A stretch of DNA of 64,000 nt from Macrostomum lignano (GCA_002269645.1 NIVC01000010.1:1550001-1614000), one strand, 5' to 3'; positions 1-12,950 are shown, counted from the stretch's first letter. Translations and numbers: made by a program. Notes: generated from the sequence alone by a model not told the origin.

Positions 1-3000
1 TCTATGACAAAACCATATACACAATCTACCATTGTCTACCTCCAAAACCATATACACAATCTACCATTGTCTATGACAAAACCATATGCACAATCTACCC
101 ATTGTCTACCTCCAAAACCATAAACACAATCTACCATTGTCTACCTCCAAAACCATAAACACAATCTACCATTGTCTACCTCCAAAACCATAAACACAAT
201 CTACCATTGTCTACCTCCAAAACCATAAACACAATCTACCATTGTCTACCTCCAAAACCATAAACACAATCTACCATTGTCTACCTCCAAAACCATAAAC
301 ACAATCTACCATTGTCTATCACAAAACCATATACACAATCTACCATTGTCTATGACAAAACCATATACACAATCTACCATTGTCTATGACAAAACCATAT
401 ACACAATCTACCCATTGTCTATGACAAAACCATATACACAATCTACCATTGTCTATGACAAAACCATATACACAATCTACCATTGTCTATGACAAAACCA
501 TATACACAATCTACCATTGTCTATGACAAAACCATAAACACAATCTACCATTGTCTACCTCCAAAACCATAAACACAATCTACCATTGTCTACCTCCAAA
601 ACCATAAACACAATCTACCATTGTCTACCTCCAAAACCATAAACACAATCTACCATTGTCTATGACAAAACCATATACACAATCTACCATTGTCTATGAC
701 AAAACCATATACACAATCTACCATTGTCTATCACAAAACCATATACACAATCTACCATTGTCTACCTCCAAAACCATAAACACAATCTACCATTGTCTAT
801 GACAAAACCATATACACAATCTACCATTGTCTATGACAAAACCATATACACAATCTACCATTGTCTACTTCCAAAATCATATACACAATCTACCATTGTC
901 TACCTCCAAAACCATATACACAATCTACCAGTGTCTATGACAAAACCATATACACAATCTACCATTGTCTACCTCCAAAACCATAAACACAATCTACCAT
1001 TGTCTATGACAAAACCATAAACACAATCTACCATTGTCTACCTCCAAAACCATAAACACAATCTACCATTGTCTACCTCCAAAACCATAAACACAATCTA
1101 CCATTGTCTACCTCCAAAACCATAAACACAATCTACCATTGTCTACCTCCAAAACCATAAACACAATCTACCATTGTCTACCTCCAAAACCATAAACACA
1201 ATCTACCATTGTCTACCTCCAAAACCATAAACACAATCTACCATTGTCTATCACAAAACCATATACACAATCTACCATTGTCTATGACAAAACCATATAC
1301 ACAATCTACCATTGTCTACCTCCAAAACCATAAACACAATCTACCATTGTCTATGACAAAACCATATACACAATCTACCATTGTCTATGACAAAACCATA
1401 TACACAATCTACCATTGTCTATGACAAAACCATATACACAATCTACCATTGTCTATGACGAAACCATATACACAATCTACCATTGTCTATCACAAAACCA
1501 TATACACAATCTACCATTGTCTATGACAAAACCATATACACAATCTACCCATTGTCTATGACAAAACCATATACACAATCTACCATTGTCTACCTCCAAA
1601 ACCATATACACAATCTACCATTGTCTACCTCCAAAACCATAAACACAATCTACCATTGTCTACCTCCAAAACCATAAACACAATCTACCATTGTCTATGA
1701 CAAAACCATATACACAATCTACCATTGTCTATGACAAAACCATATACACAATCTACCATTGTCTATGACAAAACCATATACACAATCTACCCATTGTCTA
1801 TGACAAAACCATATACACAATCTACCCATTGTCTATGACAAAACCATATACACAATCTACCATTGTCTATGACAAAACCATATACACAATCTACCAGGTA
1901 TCATTGTCTATGACAAAACCATATACACAATCTACCATTGTCTATCATAAAACCATATACACAATCTACCATTGTCTATGACAAAACCATATACACAATC
2001 TACCCATTGTCTATGACAAAACCATATACACAATCTACCCATTGTCTATGACAAAACCATAAACACAATCTACCATTGTCTACCTCCAAAACCATAAACA
2101 CAATCTACCATTGTCTACCTCCAAAACCATAAACACAATCTACCATTGTCTACCTCCAAAACCATAAACACAATCTACCATTGTCTATGACAAAACCATA
2201 AACACAATCTACCATTGTCTACCTCCAAAACCATAAACACAATCTACCATTGTCTATCACAAAACCATATACACAATCTACCATTGTCTATGACACAACC
2301 ATATACACAATCTACCATTGTCTATGACAAAACCATATACACAATCTACCCATTGTCTACCTCCAAAACCATAAACACAATCTACCATTGTCTACCTCCA
2401 AAACCATATACACAATCTACCATTGTCTATGACAAAACCATATACACAATCTACCCATTGTCTATGACAAAACCATATACACAATCTACCCATTGTCTAT
2501 GACAAAACCATATACACAATCTACCATTGTCTATGACAAAACCATATACACAATCTACCCATTGTCTATGACAAAACCATATACACAATCTACCAGGTAT
2601 CATTGTCTATGACAAAACCATATACACAATCTACCATTGTCTATCACAAAACCATATACACAATCTACCATTGTCTATGACAAAACCATATACACAATCT
2701 ACCATTGTCTACCTCCAAAACCATATACACAATCTACCATTGTCTATGACAAAACCATATGCACAATCTACCCATTGTCTACCTCCAAAACCATATACAC
2801 AATCTACCATTGTCTACCTCCAAAACCATAAACACAATCTACCATTGTCTACCTCCAAAACCATAAACACAATCTACCATTGTCTATGACAAAACCATAT
2901 ACACAATCTACCCATTGTCTACCTCCAAAACCATATACACAATCTACCATTGTCTATGACAAAACCATAAACACAATCTACCATTGTCTATGACAAAACC

Positions 3001-3174
3001 ATATACACAATCTACCATTGTCTATCACAAAACCATATACACAATCTACCATTGTCTATCACAAAACCATATACACAATCTACCATTGTCTATGACAAAA
3101 CCATATACACAATCTACCATTGTCTATGACAAAACCATATACACAATCTACCATTGTCTATGACAAAACCATAT
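1..3174. repeat. Minisatellite, mixed 34/35-bp units (TCTATGACAAAACCATATACACAATCTACCATTG / TCTACCTCCAAAACCATAAACACAATCTACCATTG); two more degenerate units at 5160-5232
   Basis: Tandem units read directly; the array runs off the window start and is interrupted at 3175 by an insertion. Confidence 0.97.
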
Positions 3175-5159
3175 TGATGGGTTTCGACCTTCGGGCTCCT
3201 TGTTAGGGAAGCCTTCGGGCCTCAGGCTCAGAAATAAATCAATTAGAGACCTGCCCCCCCCCCCCCACTCCTGTCAGATGGTCAGCCCCATGGTAGCTTG
3301 ATCGTGTGGCGAGCAGTCTAGGTCCTATAGCTAAGAGAGGGACAGCTAGAGACGAGCAGGGAGAATTTTGAAAGTAGAAATTAGCTAATCCGCAGATCAA
3401 CTAACTTGCTGCCACCAGCCCGTACGTCCTGGCTCACCACACCGGGACTCTCGAAATCGGGCTTCCGACTAGAAAGGGCTTTGCACTTACCTGCCAACTA
3501 GTGTCTTTTTGCTGTCAATCTCGAAGTCATAGCCGATGTTAAGGGACACTGCTGGGACTAGATCGCATTGGCCATGCAGGTACAGAGGGGACTTGTGCAG
3601 GGGATTCTTGCGGTGGCGAGTCTATGGGGTAGCTACATGTACTATTACATTGCTAAATACGAAGATATGTACTTTTGGCCTTCAACGCGCCAACTAGCCT
3701 CTCATAGCGCTGATGATAGACTAACTCGAACTTCAGAGACCGCATGATTCATTTACCCGAGCCGCTTGGCTACCCTAGAGTGCACAAAGTACATCTTTGG
3801 CGCCGGTTCTGCACTTCTGGCAGTTCTGCTCACTGATTTGATAGATTGGTCGACTGAGAACTGCCTTGCCATTGGTCCACTGTGACCGGCGCCTACTAGC
3901 TTAGCTACTCATCTGAGCCATCGGCGAACAAAGAAATAAAACCGATAAAAATAACTGTTAGATTTAACCTTCTCCTTAGTTCACTTCACACTTCAGATTG
4001 AATTGGAGTCTTAGACTACTAGCAGTATTATTGAATGATTTCTGCCTCAGCAACAGCACTACTGAACAAAATGAGCAAAAGTGTGCGCCTAATTCAGCTA
4101 CTGCAACAGGGGACAGATAAGGGATCACCCAATCAAGCAAGTCTAGGTAGCCTCTCACCCAACCAATCAGAAACTCAACAGCCGGAGACCAGGTAATCCA
4201 CAGTGACCGAATCGGCTCGATGCTCTGCAGCTGTAGACTCGGGATGATGCTGTCACAATCTTCGCTGATAGCTGGCAGGTGATGATCTTCGCTTGATGTT
4301 CGCTGCTGTCGACCGGGGGACTCGTCCTTGATGATGATGGGGGAAGTCGCAATCCGGGGATCAAGAAACGACGGTCGTGCTCTGGGAACCAGAAGTTGCG
4401 CGCTGGGCTCGAGCCAAAGTTGAGTCCGAGCGGGCCAAAAACTCCGGTTTAAATAGCCGCCAACTGGACCGCAGTTTGTTATAATGGAACACGTCGATTC
4501 TGATTGGCTGAGCCATTTTGTTAAAATGAGCGCCGAATTTTCTGATTGGCTAAGCTTGTTGCTACCCAGAATCACGTGACCGAGAGATCCTATCAGTTCC
4601 CACAGGGTCGTAAAAAGATGACAGGTGCGGCCATAAATCACTCAAAATCGCAACAAAATGATTTATGACTTTTCGCGTAGGATTGACAGAAATTAATGAA
4701 AAAATATACATTAGAAAGCTCTTATTAAATAGAAAGTGAAGATAATGAAGAGAAATCGCTAATCGCTAATCCCAAGGTACTTTTAGGGGTAAAGCTGTCA
4801 AAGCTGTCACACGCTTGAGTGAACACGAACAATAGGCTCTGACCTCATAAATCTTGATGGCCTGTCAAAATGATGAGAAAAAAGCTACCGCCCGCATCCT
4901 CTCAGACCATCTGGCGCCCGCTTCAACACTGAGTGAGGCGCAGGTGGCTGTCAGACCAACTTTGAAAGCGATGATTTATGACCCAAAAAGCTGCGCCTAT
5001 GTTATTATGACAATAGTATGACCAGACATTATATCTAGTATAGATTCTATGACAATTCGCAGAAAAAGGATAAAAATGCCCATTGCCCACTGTTAGTAGG
5101 CAAGTAAGTTTAGAGCCCATGTGCTAGCGCGGGATTTGGGAAAAAGTGCGTCCTCATCA
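3175..5159. mobile_element. ~1985-bp solo-LTR-like insertion (Ty3/Gypsy type), TG...CA termini, 4-bp TSD ATAT
   Basis: Begins TGATGG (3175) and ends CATCA (5159). ATAT at 3171-3174 and 5160-5163; removing the element plus one ATAT restores the minisatellite unit AAAACCATATACACAAT. Two CCAAT boxes and a TATTTAAA on the - strand near 4450-4550. Confidence 0.8.
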
Positions 5160-5583
5160 ATATACACAATCTACCCATTGTCTATGCCAAAACCATATAC
5201 ACAATCTGCCATTGTCTATCACAAAACCATATCCGCAAGCACTATGTCACATGAATGTATTTTAGTAGCCTTAAATAATGATCTTATAGAAGCGTTGAAT
5301 CTACCATTGATCGTACAGCCTGGGACAGTGAGAGTAGCATGGACAAACAATTTTGAATTATCTAAATGGATACTTTTTACTATAATAAATAAAAACATCT
5401 AACAATGTTATTCTTAGCTACTGATAGTAAGTAGTAACGAATCAATAAGAGTCGATTTGAACGTACAGAAACTGTTGCGATAAGTAGTTTTTTAATAAGT
5501 CTCATTTAATAAAGTGTTTGTGATTTAATAGAGAGCAGAGTTAATTAACTCGTACGTGTAAATAACAATTGTATTCCCAAGCC

Positions 5584-6214
5584 TCAGCTGTAGTGATTCT
5601 GCAGGATCCTGGCCAGCCTCATAGAGGGATACTGCGGCACAATAAACGCAAAGCACTGGAAGTAGATGAGAAAGCAGGTGCTGATCATCAGAAATATCAC
5701 GGGCCAATTGGCCGCCTGTGGTGGCACATCTCCTAGGCCGATGTGAAATATTGACTGCACAATGAGCCACAGCTGGTCCTTCAGAGCCAGCTGCCTTTCG
5801 CTAAAGGAAAACACGGCCCAACAGACGGGGAAAATCACAATCATCAGCACCAGATTGCTCAGGTAGAATCGGGACCTTCTGTACACATCCGCGTTGCGTA
5901 TTCTGACAGCCCACAGCACCATCATGGTTCTGTTTGACCGGCTCTCCACCTGCTGCCCGTGCACCCAACGGCGATAGCAGTAGAGCTGGAAAAAGTAAAA
6001 CAAATGATAGAGCTGGTGGTGGTACATGTACCATACCGGAACCACAATTAGCATGCACAGGCTGGCGCAGAAGTACTGCAGCTCGGAGGCGCCAGCAATG
6101 TCCCCATAGCCAATGAGCGACACCAGGGTGACGGCGTAGTACATCGACTGGGTGAAGGTCGGCCTCAGCTCGTGCTGTTTGATCGCGTTTTTTATGTCCT
6201 TGTAGACCAGGTTT
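5584..6214 (-). CDS. K2P (two-pore-domain K+ channel)-like protein, exon 2: P1, M2, M3, P2, M4, stop
   Basis: Acceptor ...GCGTAG|A at 6215/6214, in frame with ORF 5584-6144. P1 TFTQSMYYAVTLVSLIGYGD and P2 LKDQLWLIVQSIFHIGLGDVPP, each followed by a hydrophobic helix. Confidence 0.85.
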
Positions 6215-6249
6215 CTACGCGTTGCGGTTGGGATATTATTAATTTTTAC

Positions 6250-6562
6250 AAGTAATAATAATGTATAATAATTGATTACACCTGCCCCAACTGGGCCAGA
6301 TGTGCAACCGACAGCTCAGCCGCAGCTATTGCGCGGCGCATCTGAAGGCTGCGTACGGCTGTTCAGTCCAAGGACTGGGGGGTCGCCACACACAGCCTCA
6401 ATTACCCCAGCTAATGCTGGCACCCATTTTACAGCTGGGTGAACTGAAGCAATGCAGAGTTAAGCGTCTTGCTCAAGGACACAAATTGTTCCGAGTGGCC
6501 GTCGAGAATCGAACCACCGACCTTCAAGTCGCGAGTCCGACGCTCTAACCACTAGGCTACAA
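6250..6562 (-). mobile_element. tRNA-headed CORE-SINE in the K2P intron
   Basis: The - strand reads GTAGCCTAGTGGTTAGAGCG (A box), GGTTCGATTCTC (B box), then TGTCCTTGAGCAAGACGCTTAAC...CAGCTGTAAAATGGG, resembling the MIR/CORE domain, and ends in an ATT-rich tail. Confidence 0.8.
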
Positions 6563-6956
6563 CCCTAGGCCGTAGTTTAAGAGGGTTTTTTACTAAAAAT
6601 ATTCAATTTTACAAGTAAACCCTCCAAGATAAATAATAATATATAGAAAAACTGGGCGCTTCAGTTCTAGTTTCAGTTCGAGAGTTCGTAGGGGGGTGGG
6701 GGGGTTGTGGCCCTGCCACGAGCTCAGCGCTAATTTACATGCAGTTAGAGGAGTTTGGCTATTTTGAAAGCTTATAGCTTCTTCAAAACTCGTCAAAATG
6801 CACTGCAGAGTTGTAATTTATCTAAACGTTCAACCGGTGCTTCATAGAAAGCGATATTGTCATTGCTATCCAAACAGCCCAGGGGCTATTCGAACAAAAG
6901 TAGGCGACATACCAAAGTAAAACCCTTACTTAACGCACATGACTATACGAGCTCAC

Positions 6957-7432
6957 CTGCCTAGCTGTCTGAGTCGACTCAGCTTCTCAGCTAGCAGAGT
7001 TTTATTCAAATCTGCTTTGCCGGACATCTGAACAACCTCAGCCAGCGAGCGATTGTACTCAGCCTCTCTGGCCTTCAATAGCTTGTACCGCTCACTGTCG
7101 GTGTGTCCGTTCCTGTTGACATAGTAGAACACAACGGCAATGAGAACAGTGAGCAGGCACAGGAGGACCAGAAGAACGGCGGATATTTCTAGACTACGCA
7201 GCACCGAGTCCAAGAGCTTGTGCAGTTGAAACCGTCGCCGAATGTTATCCAACTGCTGGGCGATGCTTGCGCGCAGTCGGGTTGTGGCCCTCGGCCGGGC
7301 TCTCTGCAGCTGCCGCCGCCGCCGCCGCTGCTGCTGCGATTGCTGCGGTTGCTGCTGTTGCTCCCCGCTAGCACCAGACTGTCCGGTGGCTCCAGAGGCT
7401 TCCGGTGGACTACTCGAGGCCGGATCTGTCAT
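6957..7432 (-). CDS. K2P-like channel exon 1: cytosolic N-terminus, M1 helix and extracellular cap
   Basis: ATG at 7432; hydrophobic M1 (ISAVLLVLLCLLTVLIAVVFYYV); donor AG|GTGAGC at 6957/6956, phase 2, matching the exon 2 acceptor. Confidence 0.8.
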
Positions 7433-7599
7433 AGTGATTCTTATAGAAAATCTACATCTATATATGAAAATAAATTCTTACCGACAGAAAAGACAAGCTG
7501 TCTCTTCAAGCTTGTTGTCAATCAATTTGATTTTTTTCTGATCGGCAAGCATTTCGGCCATAGACTGCGTAACTAAGGCTGACTTACTTGACTTAGCTT

Positions 7600-10090
7600 A
7601 GCTGCAGGATGGTCGCTTGACACAGCAGGGAGGCGAGAGTCGCCCATTCCGCCCACCCCCTAAGGCCCGCAGACAGACAGAGGCGTGGAACCGGTCAGGA
7701 TGGTCCGCTAGTCAGTCCTGCAGCGGGATCTTCAGGATCTTTGAAGAACGTGGCTCGTCTTGTCGCTCGGAGGAACTGGATGAGCCGTGGGATGCTGAGT
7801 TCCAAGCATGGATTATTAAAATGAAAAACAATGTAGACAATCATTTATTGAATTAACTTTCTGTTTATCTCTATTATTCCAAAGTTGCGCAGATGACCCG
7901 CAACCCGCCTAATCAGGGAAGCTGAGATTCGAGACCACGTCCCTCCGGAAATCCCCGCAGATACAGGCCTTCCACTATCCTGGTCAGCCTGTCTACCACC
8001 CAACCCCCTGGAGAATGGCAACAAGCCCCTTCCTCCAAAAACCCAATGCGTAATGCACCAATGCGTAATGGACCTGTAAATTTCGTGTCAACACCAAATG
8101 CGCACCCATTGCTTTATTCTCGAGCATGTTCTCTCGAAAGTGAACTCTCGATCACTCGAACAGAGTTGCAAAGCAATTGTCTTTGGAGGCATTGAACGCC
8201 GAGAAGTTGATTTTCTACTTGACACCGGAGCCGGAAACTGCTTTCTGAGCATGGACCAAAGTGATCAAGACAGCGAATTCATACCGCTGTGATTCCCGCT
8301 AACAGCGCGATAAGATCCCTATCAGATTAGCCGAAGACCATGAGTTCAATCATCGATCGGAGAAGGCGTGAGAGCCAAGGAGTAGACAGGTGTGGATATG
8401 GCTCCGAAATTGGTCACCAATAAGAGACGGCACCGCCATCGTGGATATTGTCAATCGACACCCTGTCGAAGTAATTTAAACTACTGCAGCCAAGCCCATG
8501 AAGGCCAAGGACCTTGCCTACTGGAATATACGAGTTATCGCCCGCCAAGCTCAGTCAACTGAAGATGCTTTGGGTAAGTGAACTCAGTATTGGTGCTGAT
8601 TTAACTGAAAGCTGTGATTGACCTCGTGAGAGAGCACCGCGAAGCAATATCCCAGCATGACCCAGACATGGGACTGACTCATCTAGTCACTCATGAATTT
8701 TTTGAGAATATGAGACCCTGTCAGAATCTCTACCCGCTGCATCCCTCCTCATCTCCAAAAGCAAGTCGATGCCCAACTCAACTAGACGACATGCTTGCCA
8801 AAAGTCACCCGCCCCTGCTATTCTACCTACTCCACTCCACTAGTCAGTTTGCAGAGAGCAAAGATACGATCGAATCCCTCAATGAAGTGGAGATTCCTCC
8901 AGCGAAAACGTGGGTACACGGCAAAATCAGAATGGGATCGGCTAAGTTGTTACCCAACCCCTTGCAGAGAGAGCGAATTGTTAATGCCCAGCGAGAAAAC
9001 CCAAATATTCGCACCCTGTTGAATTGGAAACTCGAAGGCAAAGGCAGAGATAAACCGTGCCATGGGGGAAATAAAACCAGTTCAGAACTGAATCGATTAA
9101 GCAAATTCTATGAGCAAATAAAGGTTGAAAATGAAATGCTCATTATTGAAGAAGAAGGAACCAGTAAACCTCATCGGTCCACTGGGCCCAAACTCGAGGC
9201 GCCCGGAGGTTTATATTGGCCGGGAGATATATACGCCCTAGGAGGACCAAATCGGAGTTTGTACTCGAGTACATTAAGTCTCTCGTCGATTTGCACGCGC
9301 GACAGAGGCTGAAAACCAGCTTCGGTCGGCAGCAAAGGGATTGTGGACAGGTACACGGCGTGACTGCAGCGCCTGACGGACCCATCCATCAAGGTGAAGT
9401 CGGCCGAGCCAATCGGGGACAGTTATATATGATGCTCGAGTACAAGCCCCGATTGGGCGGTGCTGGCGAGCGCAATTTTAGTACGAGAGGTTCCCTCACG
9501 GTTAAAAGCATCTACGCTACTCCCACACAAGGGGGGGGTTACGCTCTGGAGGTCCCGAACTATTTGGGGGGCTGATGATGCCCTCTATTCGAATCCGGTG
9601 TTCAAAAGTAGCTTGATGACTACATGTAGATTTAAAATTGAAAATAGACAAGGGCTGGTTTAGCCTCCCTTTTGCTTGCCGTAGTTGTGCTTGTGCCTAA
9701 TCTGAGTCGATACATTTACCAGACAATATCCTCGTGTGCATTTTTTCTAATATTTGCACCTATGCAAATATGTAGCTTTTTATGGTAAAGGAGGTGGCTC
9801 CGTAAGACGACGCGCGTTACTCCAACTAGAGTCTCCGTAAGGTCGTATGCGACGACTCTCAGCGACGCTGGTGTGCAGCGTGCAGACATAACGCGTGTCA
9901 CCAGACCAGACGCAGCAGAAGGCGGGGCTCTAGAAAGTTATATTACAGTAGGTGTTTCGTTTTCCCAGCAAATGCGCCTCAGCGGTATCTGAGGTGAAAC
10001 AAACACGGTGTTCATCGCATTCGTGTAGACAAATAGGGTTAACTAATGCGCATTGAGAACTCGATACATTTTTTTTATCTGCTAACATCA
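7600..10090 (+). mobile_element. Degenerate, internally deleted Ty3/Gypsy LTR retrotransposon relic with a possible 3' LTR at 9573-10090
   Basis: Protease motif DFLLDTGAG (~8205-8235); pre-RT segment REHREAISQHDPDMGLTHLVTH; RNaseH-integrase linker NAQRENPNIRTLLNW; G-tract at 9566-9572 followed by TGATG, with CATCA ending at 10090. Frames are broken, and no 5' LTR or RT YxDD was seen. Confidence 0.6.
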
Positions 10091-10292
10091 GTAGTTAAAC
10101 TATAACTGGTTTTACTCTTTTTTAATAGCCCATTTCTTTAGTCCGGCTAAAAATGGATTTAAAATCACAATAGTCTATTTGAAGCCTACAAGTGGAGAAT
10201 ATATAAGATTAAACTCGTAGCCTAGAGCTTACGACTCACGACTGCGGTTATAACAATGCAATACAGTTATACTTATTGGTCTGTGGCTCTCG

Positions 10293-11030
10293 TATCCCAG
10301 CCATTATGGGGTGAGCTCTGCTAGTAGACTCCACCCCACGGTGGACCCACAACCGCTTAGGAGAGAAATTGAAATGCATGGTCCAGTCCAGGCCAGTTGT
10401 GCTTACATGATAGTGCGTGCACAGACAATATTAATCTTCAGTTAATTAAATAGCTTGCTAACTGGAAAAGGAATCCACCCAGCTGTAAAATGGGTACCAG
10501 CATTAGCTGGGATAATTGAGGGTGTGTGTGGCAAACGCCTTCCCAACCTTGCAATAGCTGCGGTTGAGCTGTGGGTTGCATTATCTGCCCATCTGTATCT
10601 GTATATCTGTATATTTGTATTTGTATATTTGTATTTGTATTTGTATTTGTATTTGTATTTGTATTTGTATTTGTATTTGTATATCTGTATATTTGCCTGA
10701 GCAAAAATAATTATTGTTATCCATACAGGATACTCCAGCTGCTCCACTGGTTGCTATGCTCAGTGTCCCTTCCTGGCGTGCGCTGGCTCAGCCCAAAACC
10801 GCTAAACTAGCTGGTCGCTTGGAGACGCTCTGCCCTCGCAGGGGTGGCGGAGGAGGGTTGTAACGCATTGGTTGGATGCGGCTCCCCTTCTATGCTTCCG
10901 TCCCTCGCAGCACTTTTAGTCCCCCCCCGTCAACGGTACATTATTTTGGTCATCTCCGGGAGGGAGCCCGTTGCCAGGGGGGAGTCCACGGCCGCTATTG
11001 ATCGGTGGCTTTTTCCATGCTCCCGCAAGG
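10293..11030. repeat. Dispersed repeat, copy 1 (homologous to 14722-15290), interrupted by a SINE fragment
   Basis: Shared blocks CCCAGCCAT, GAGAAATT, TAGCTTGCTA(A)ACTGGAAAAGG, GCTATGCTCAGTGTCCCT, GTTGCCAGGGGGG and GATCGGTGGC occur in the same order in both copies. Confidence 0.75.
10475..10695 (+). mobile_element. 5'-truncated copy of the CORE-SINE with an expanded (TTGTAT)n tail
   Basis: CACCCAGCTGTAAAATGGGTACCAGCATTAGCTGGGATAATTGAGG matches the - strand of 6395-6445; the hexamer microsatellite runs 10591-10695. Confidence 0.75.
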
Positions 11031-11798
11031 TTGTTCTGGCTGGCTGAGTTGGCAAAGGCGGCTCAAGGCCCGTCTCGTTGCTCCTGCTAGCTACCGTTTG
11101 TTCTTCTGTCAGTAACTCTAATTTATAGCGCTTATCTGCCGTAAAAAATAAACTAACAAATTTGAAGGGTTTCGCTTCAACAAGAATGCTAAGGTGCCAG
11201 CTGTTACTAGCAAGCAAGCAAGACTAGCAAGTTACCCCCCTCCGGGTGCGAAATGCACATGTTAAAGAGCTAAAATTGGAGCTCGAACTAAAAATCCTAA
11301 AAAAATTATATGGGCAAAGAGACAAACAAAAAATGCAAATAATACTTTCTTGCGATGTAATGCAACCTTGACCAAGAATGTATTTCTAGGTAAAAATGAA
11401 AGGTAAAATGTTGGACTTCCAGTTTTTGATGGATTTTAAAACAATTAAAGCTGGTTTTTGGCTTAAAACAAGAATTTAAGGCAAGAGAAAAGAAACATTT
11501 TTTGCTTAGAAAGATAATATAAACAGCTAGCTGGGTCGAGTGAAAACGATTGGGAGGTGCGCGAACAGGGACGAGGGTTAAGTGAATTTTATTGACTCTT
11601 TTTATTTAGTTTTTATTATGTAGTTTTATTATGTATTTAGTTTTTATTTAGGAAATATATAGCATCCTTCTCCGACATGTTTTGTTATTTTCATAATGTT
11701 TTCTTGGCTGATTTTCGCATTTTCACGGTAGATTTTTCTTTCTCAAGATCGATTCAAGAGTCGCAACGAGTGCGACACCACAGTGCTCAAATCTCTTG

Positions 11799-12202
11799 CT
11801 AACCTTGGATTTTATAGGCCATAAACTCGCAGATGGTGACCGGCTCTGCCGGATTGCTGCGACTCAAGATGCGGATTTTCGAGCCGTAGGCGTTGCAGGA
11901 GAAGTTGGAAACGGAGAATGGAGCGCTGAGCCTCACTTGGTTGCACACGGACCCGTCCACAAGGATGTCGAACTTGTTTAGTCGATGACCACAGCAGTCC
12001 AGTCTGTTATAGATGGTGACGAATGACACGAGGGATGGAGTCGTGAGACTGGCCTCCCACCACTCATTGAGGTTAAAATTGGTGTGACTGCAGGAGAGGT
12101 TGCGATAATATTGATTTGCTACGCCATCGATGGCGCGGCTGCACGGCACTTTCGATGAACTCTCTTGGCAGGTGGCAATCGGCAGTTTCTCTGATGTAAA
12201 AT
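11799..12202 (-). CDS. F-type lectin (FTP/fucolectin) domain, exon 2 of a secreted PAN-like + F-type lectin
   Basis: Acceptor TATTACAG|AT at 12203/12202, phase 1. AIDG...SCSHT...WW...TIYNRLDCCGHRL gives an exact H-X26-R-X-D-X4-R fucose-binding motif. Confidence 0.9.
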
Positions 12203-12427
12203 CTGTAATATAGAAACGCTCGACCGGGTTACATCAGTAACGTTTCAATGTTTACATTTTGTTTTCAATCTGCATGCATAATTATTGTCTCATAAAATCT
12301 TTAACTTGGGAACATGCAAGCAGTTTTGTCTAATTACCTGGCTGATGCGATGATGGATTTAATCAAACGCAATGCAGTAACGTTGGTAGGAATTTAATTG
12401 GAGGGACCGCAACCCAAAGGGGCGCCA

Positions 12428-12950
12428 GTGGGCTGCCCCTGTCTCTTGGTGGGCTGCTCCTGTCTCTTGGTGAGCTGCTCCTGTCTCTTGGTGAGCTGCT
12501 CCTGTCTCTTGGTGGGCTGCTCCTGTCTCTTGGTGAGCTGCTCCTGTCTCTTGGTGGGCTGCTCCTGTCTCTTGGTGGGCTGCTCCTGTCTCTTGGTGAG
12601 CTGCTCCTTTCTCTTGGTGGGCTGCTCCTGTCTCTTGGTGGGCTGCTCCTGTCTCTTGGTGGGCTGCTCCTGTCTCTTGGTGGGCTGCTCCTGTCTCTTG
12701 GTGGGCTGCTCCTGTCTCTTGGTGGGCTGCTCCTGTCTCTTGGTGGGCTGCTCCTGTCGCTTGGAAGGCACCCCTGTCTCTTGGTGGGCTGCTCCTGTTT
12801 CTTGGTGGGCTGCTCCTGTCTCTTGATGAGCTGCTCCTGTCTCTTGGTGGGCTGCTCCTGTCTCTTGGTGGGCTGCTCCTGTCTCTTGGAAGGCACCCCT
12901 GTCTCTTGGAAGGCACCCCTGTCTCTTGGTGGGCCGCCCCTGTCCTTGTG
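12428..12950. repeat. 21-bp minisatellite (GTCTCTTGGTGGGCTGCTCCT) in the lectin intron
   Basis: Tandem units; produce the artefactual HQETGAA and KRQEQPT ORFs. Confidence 0.97.

Noticed and set aside
1-3174. Regular ~34-bp repeats that might suggest a CRISPR array
   Set aside because: Units are head-to-tail with no unique spacers, no cas genes are present, and the context is eukaryotic.
3976-4641. 221-aa - strand ORF inside the LTR-like element
   Set aside because: No ATG start and no recognisable domain; it overlaps promoter-like CCAAT/TATA motifs.
9572-9600. CTGATGA hammerhead-like box
   Set aside because: Followed by GAAT rather than GAAA, with no stem II or III; better explained as an LTR start.
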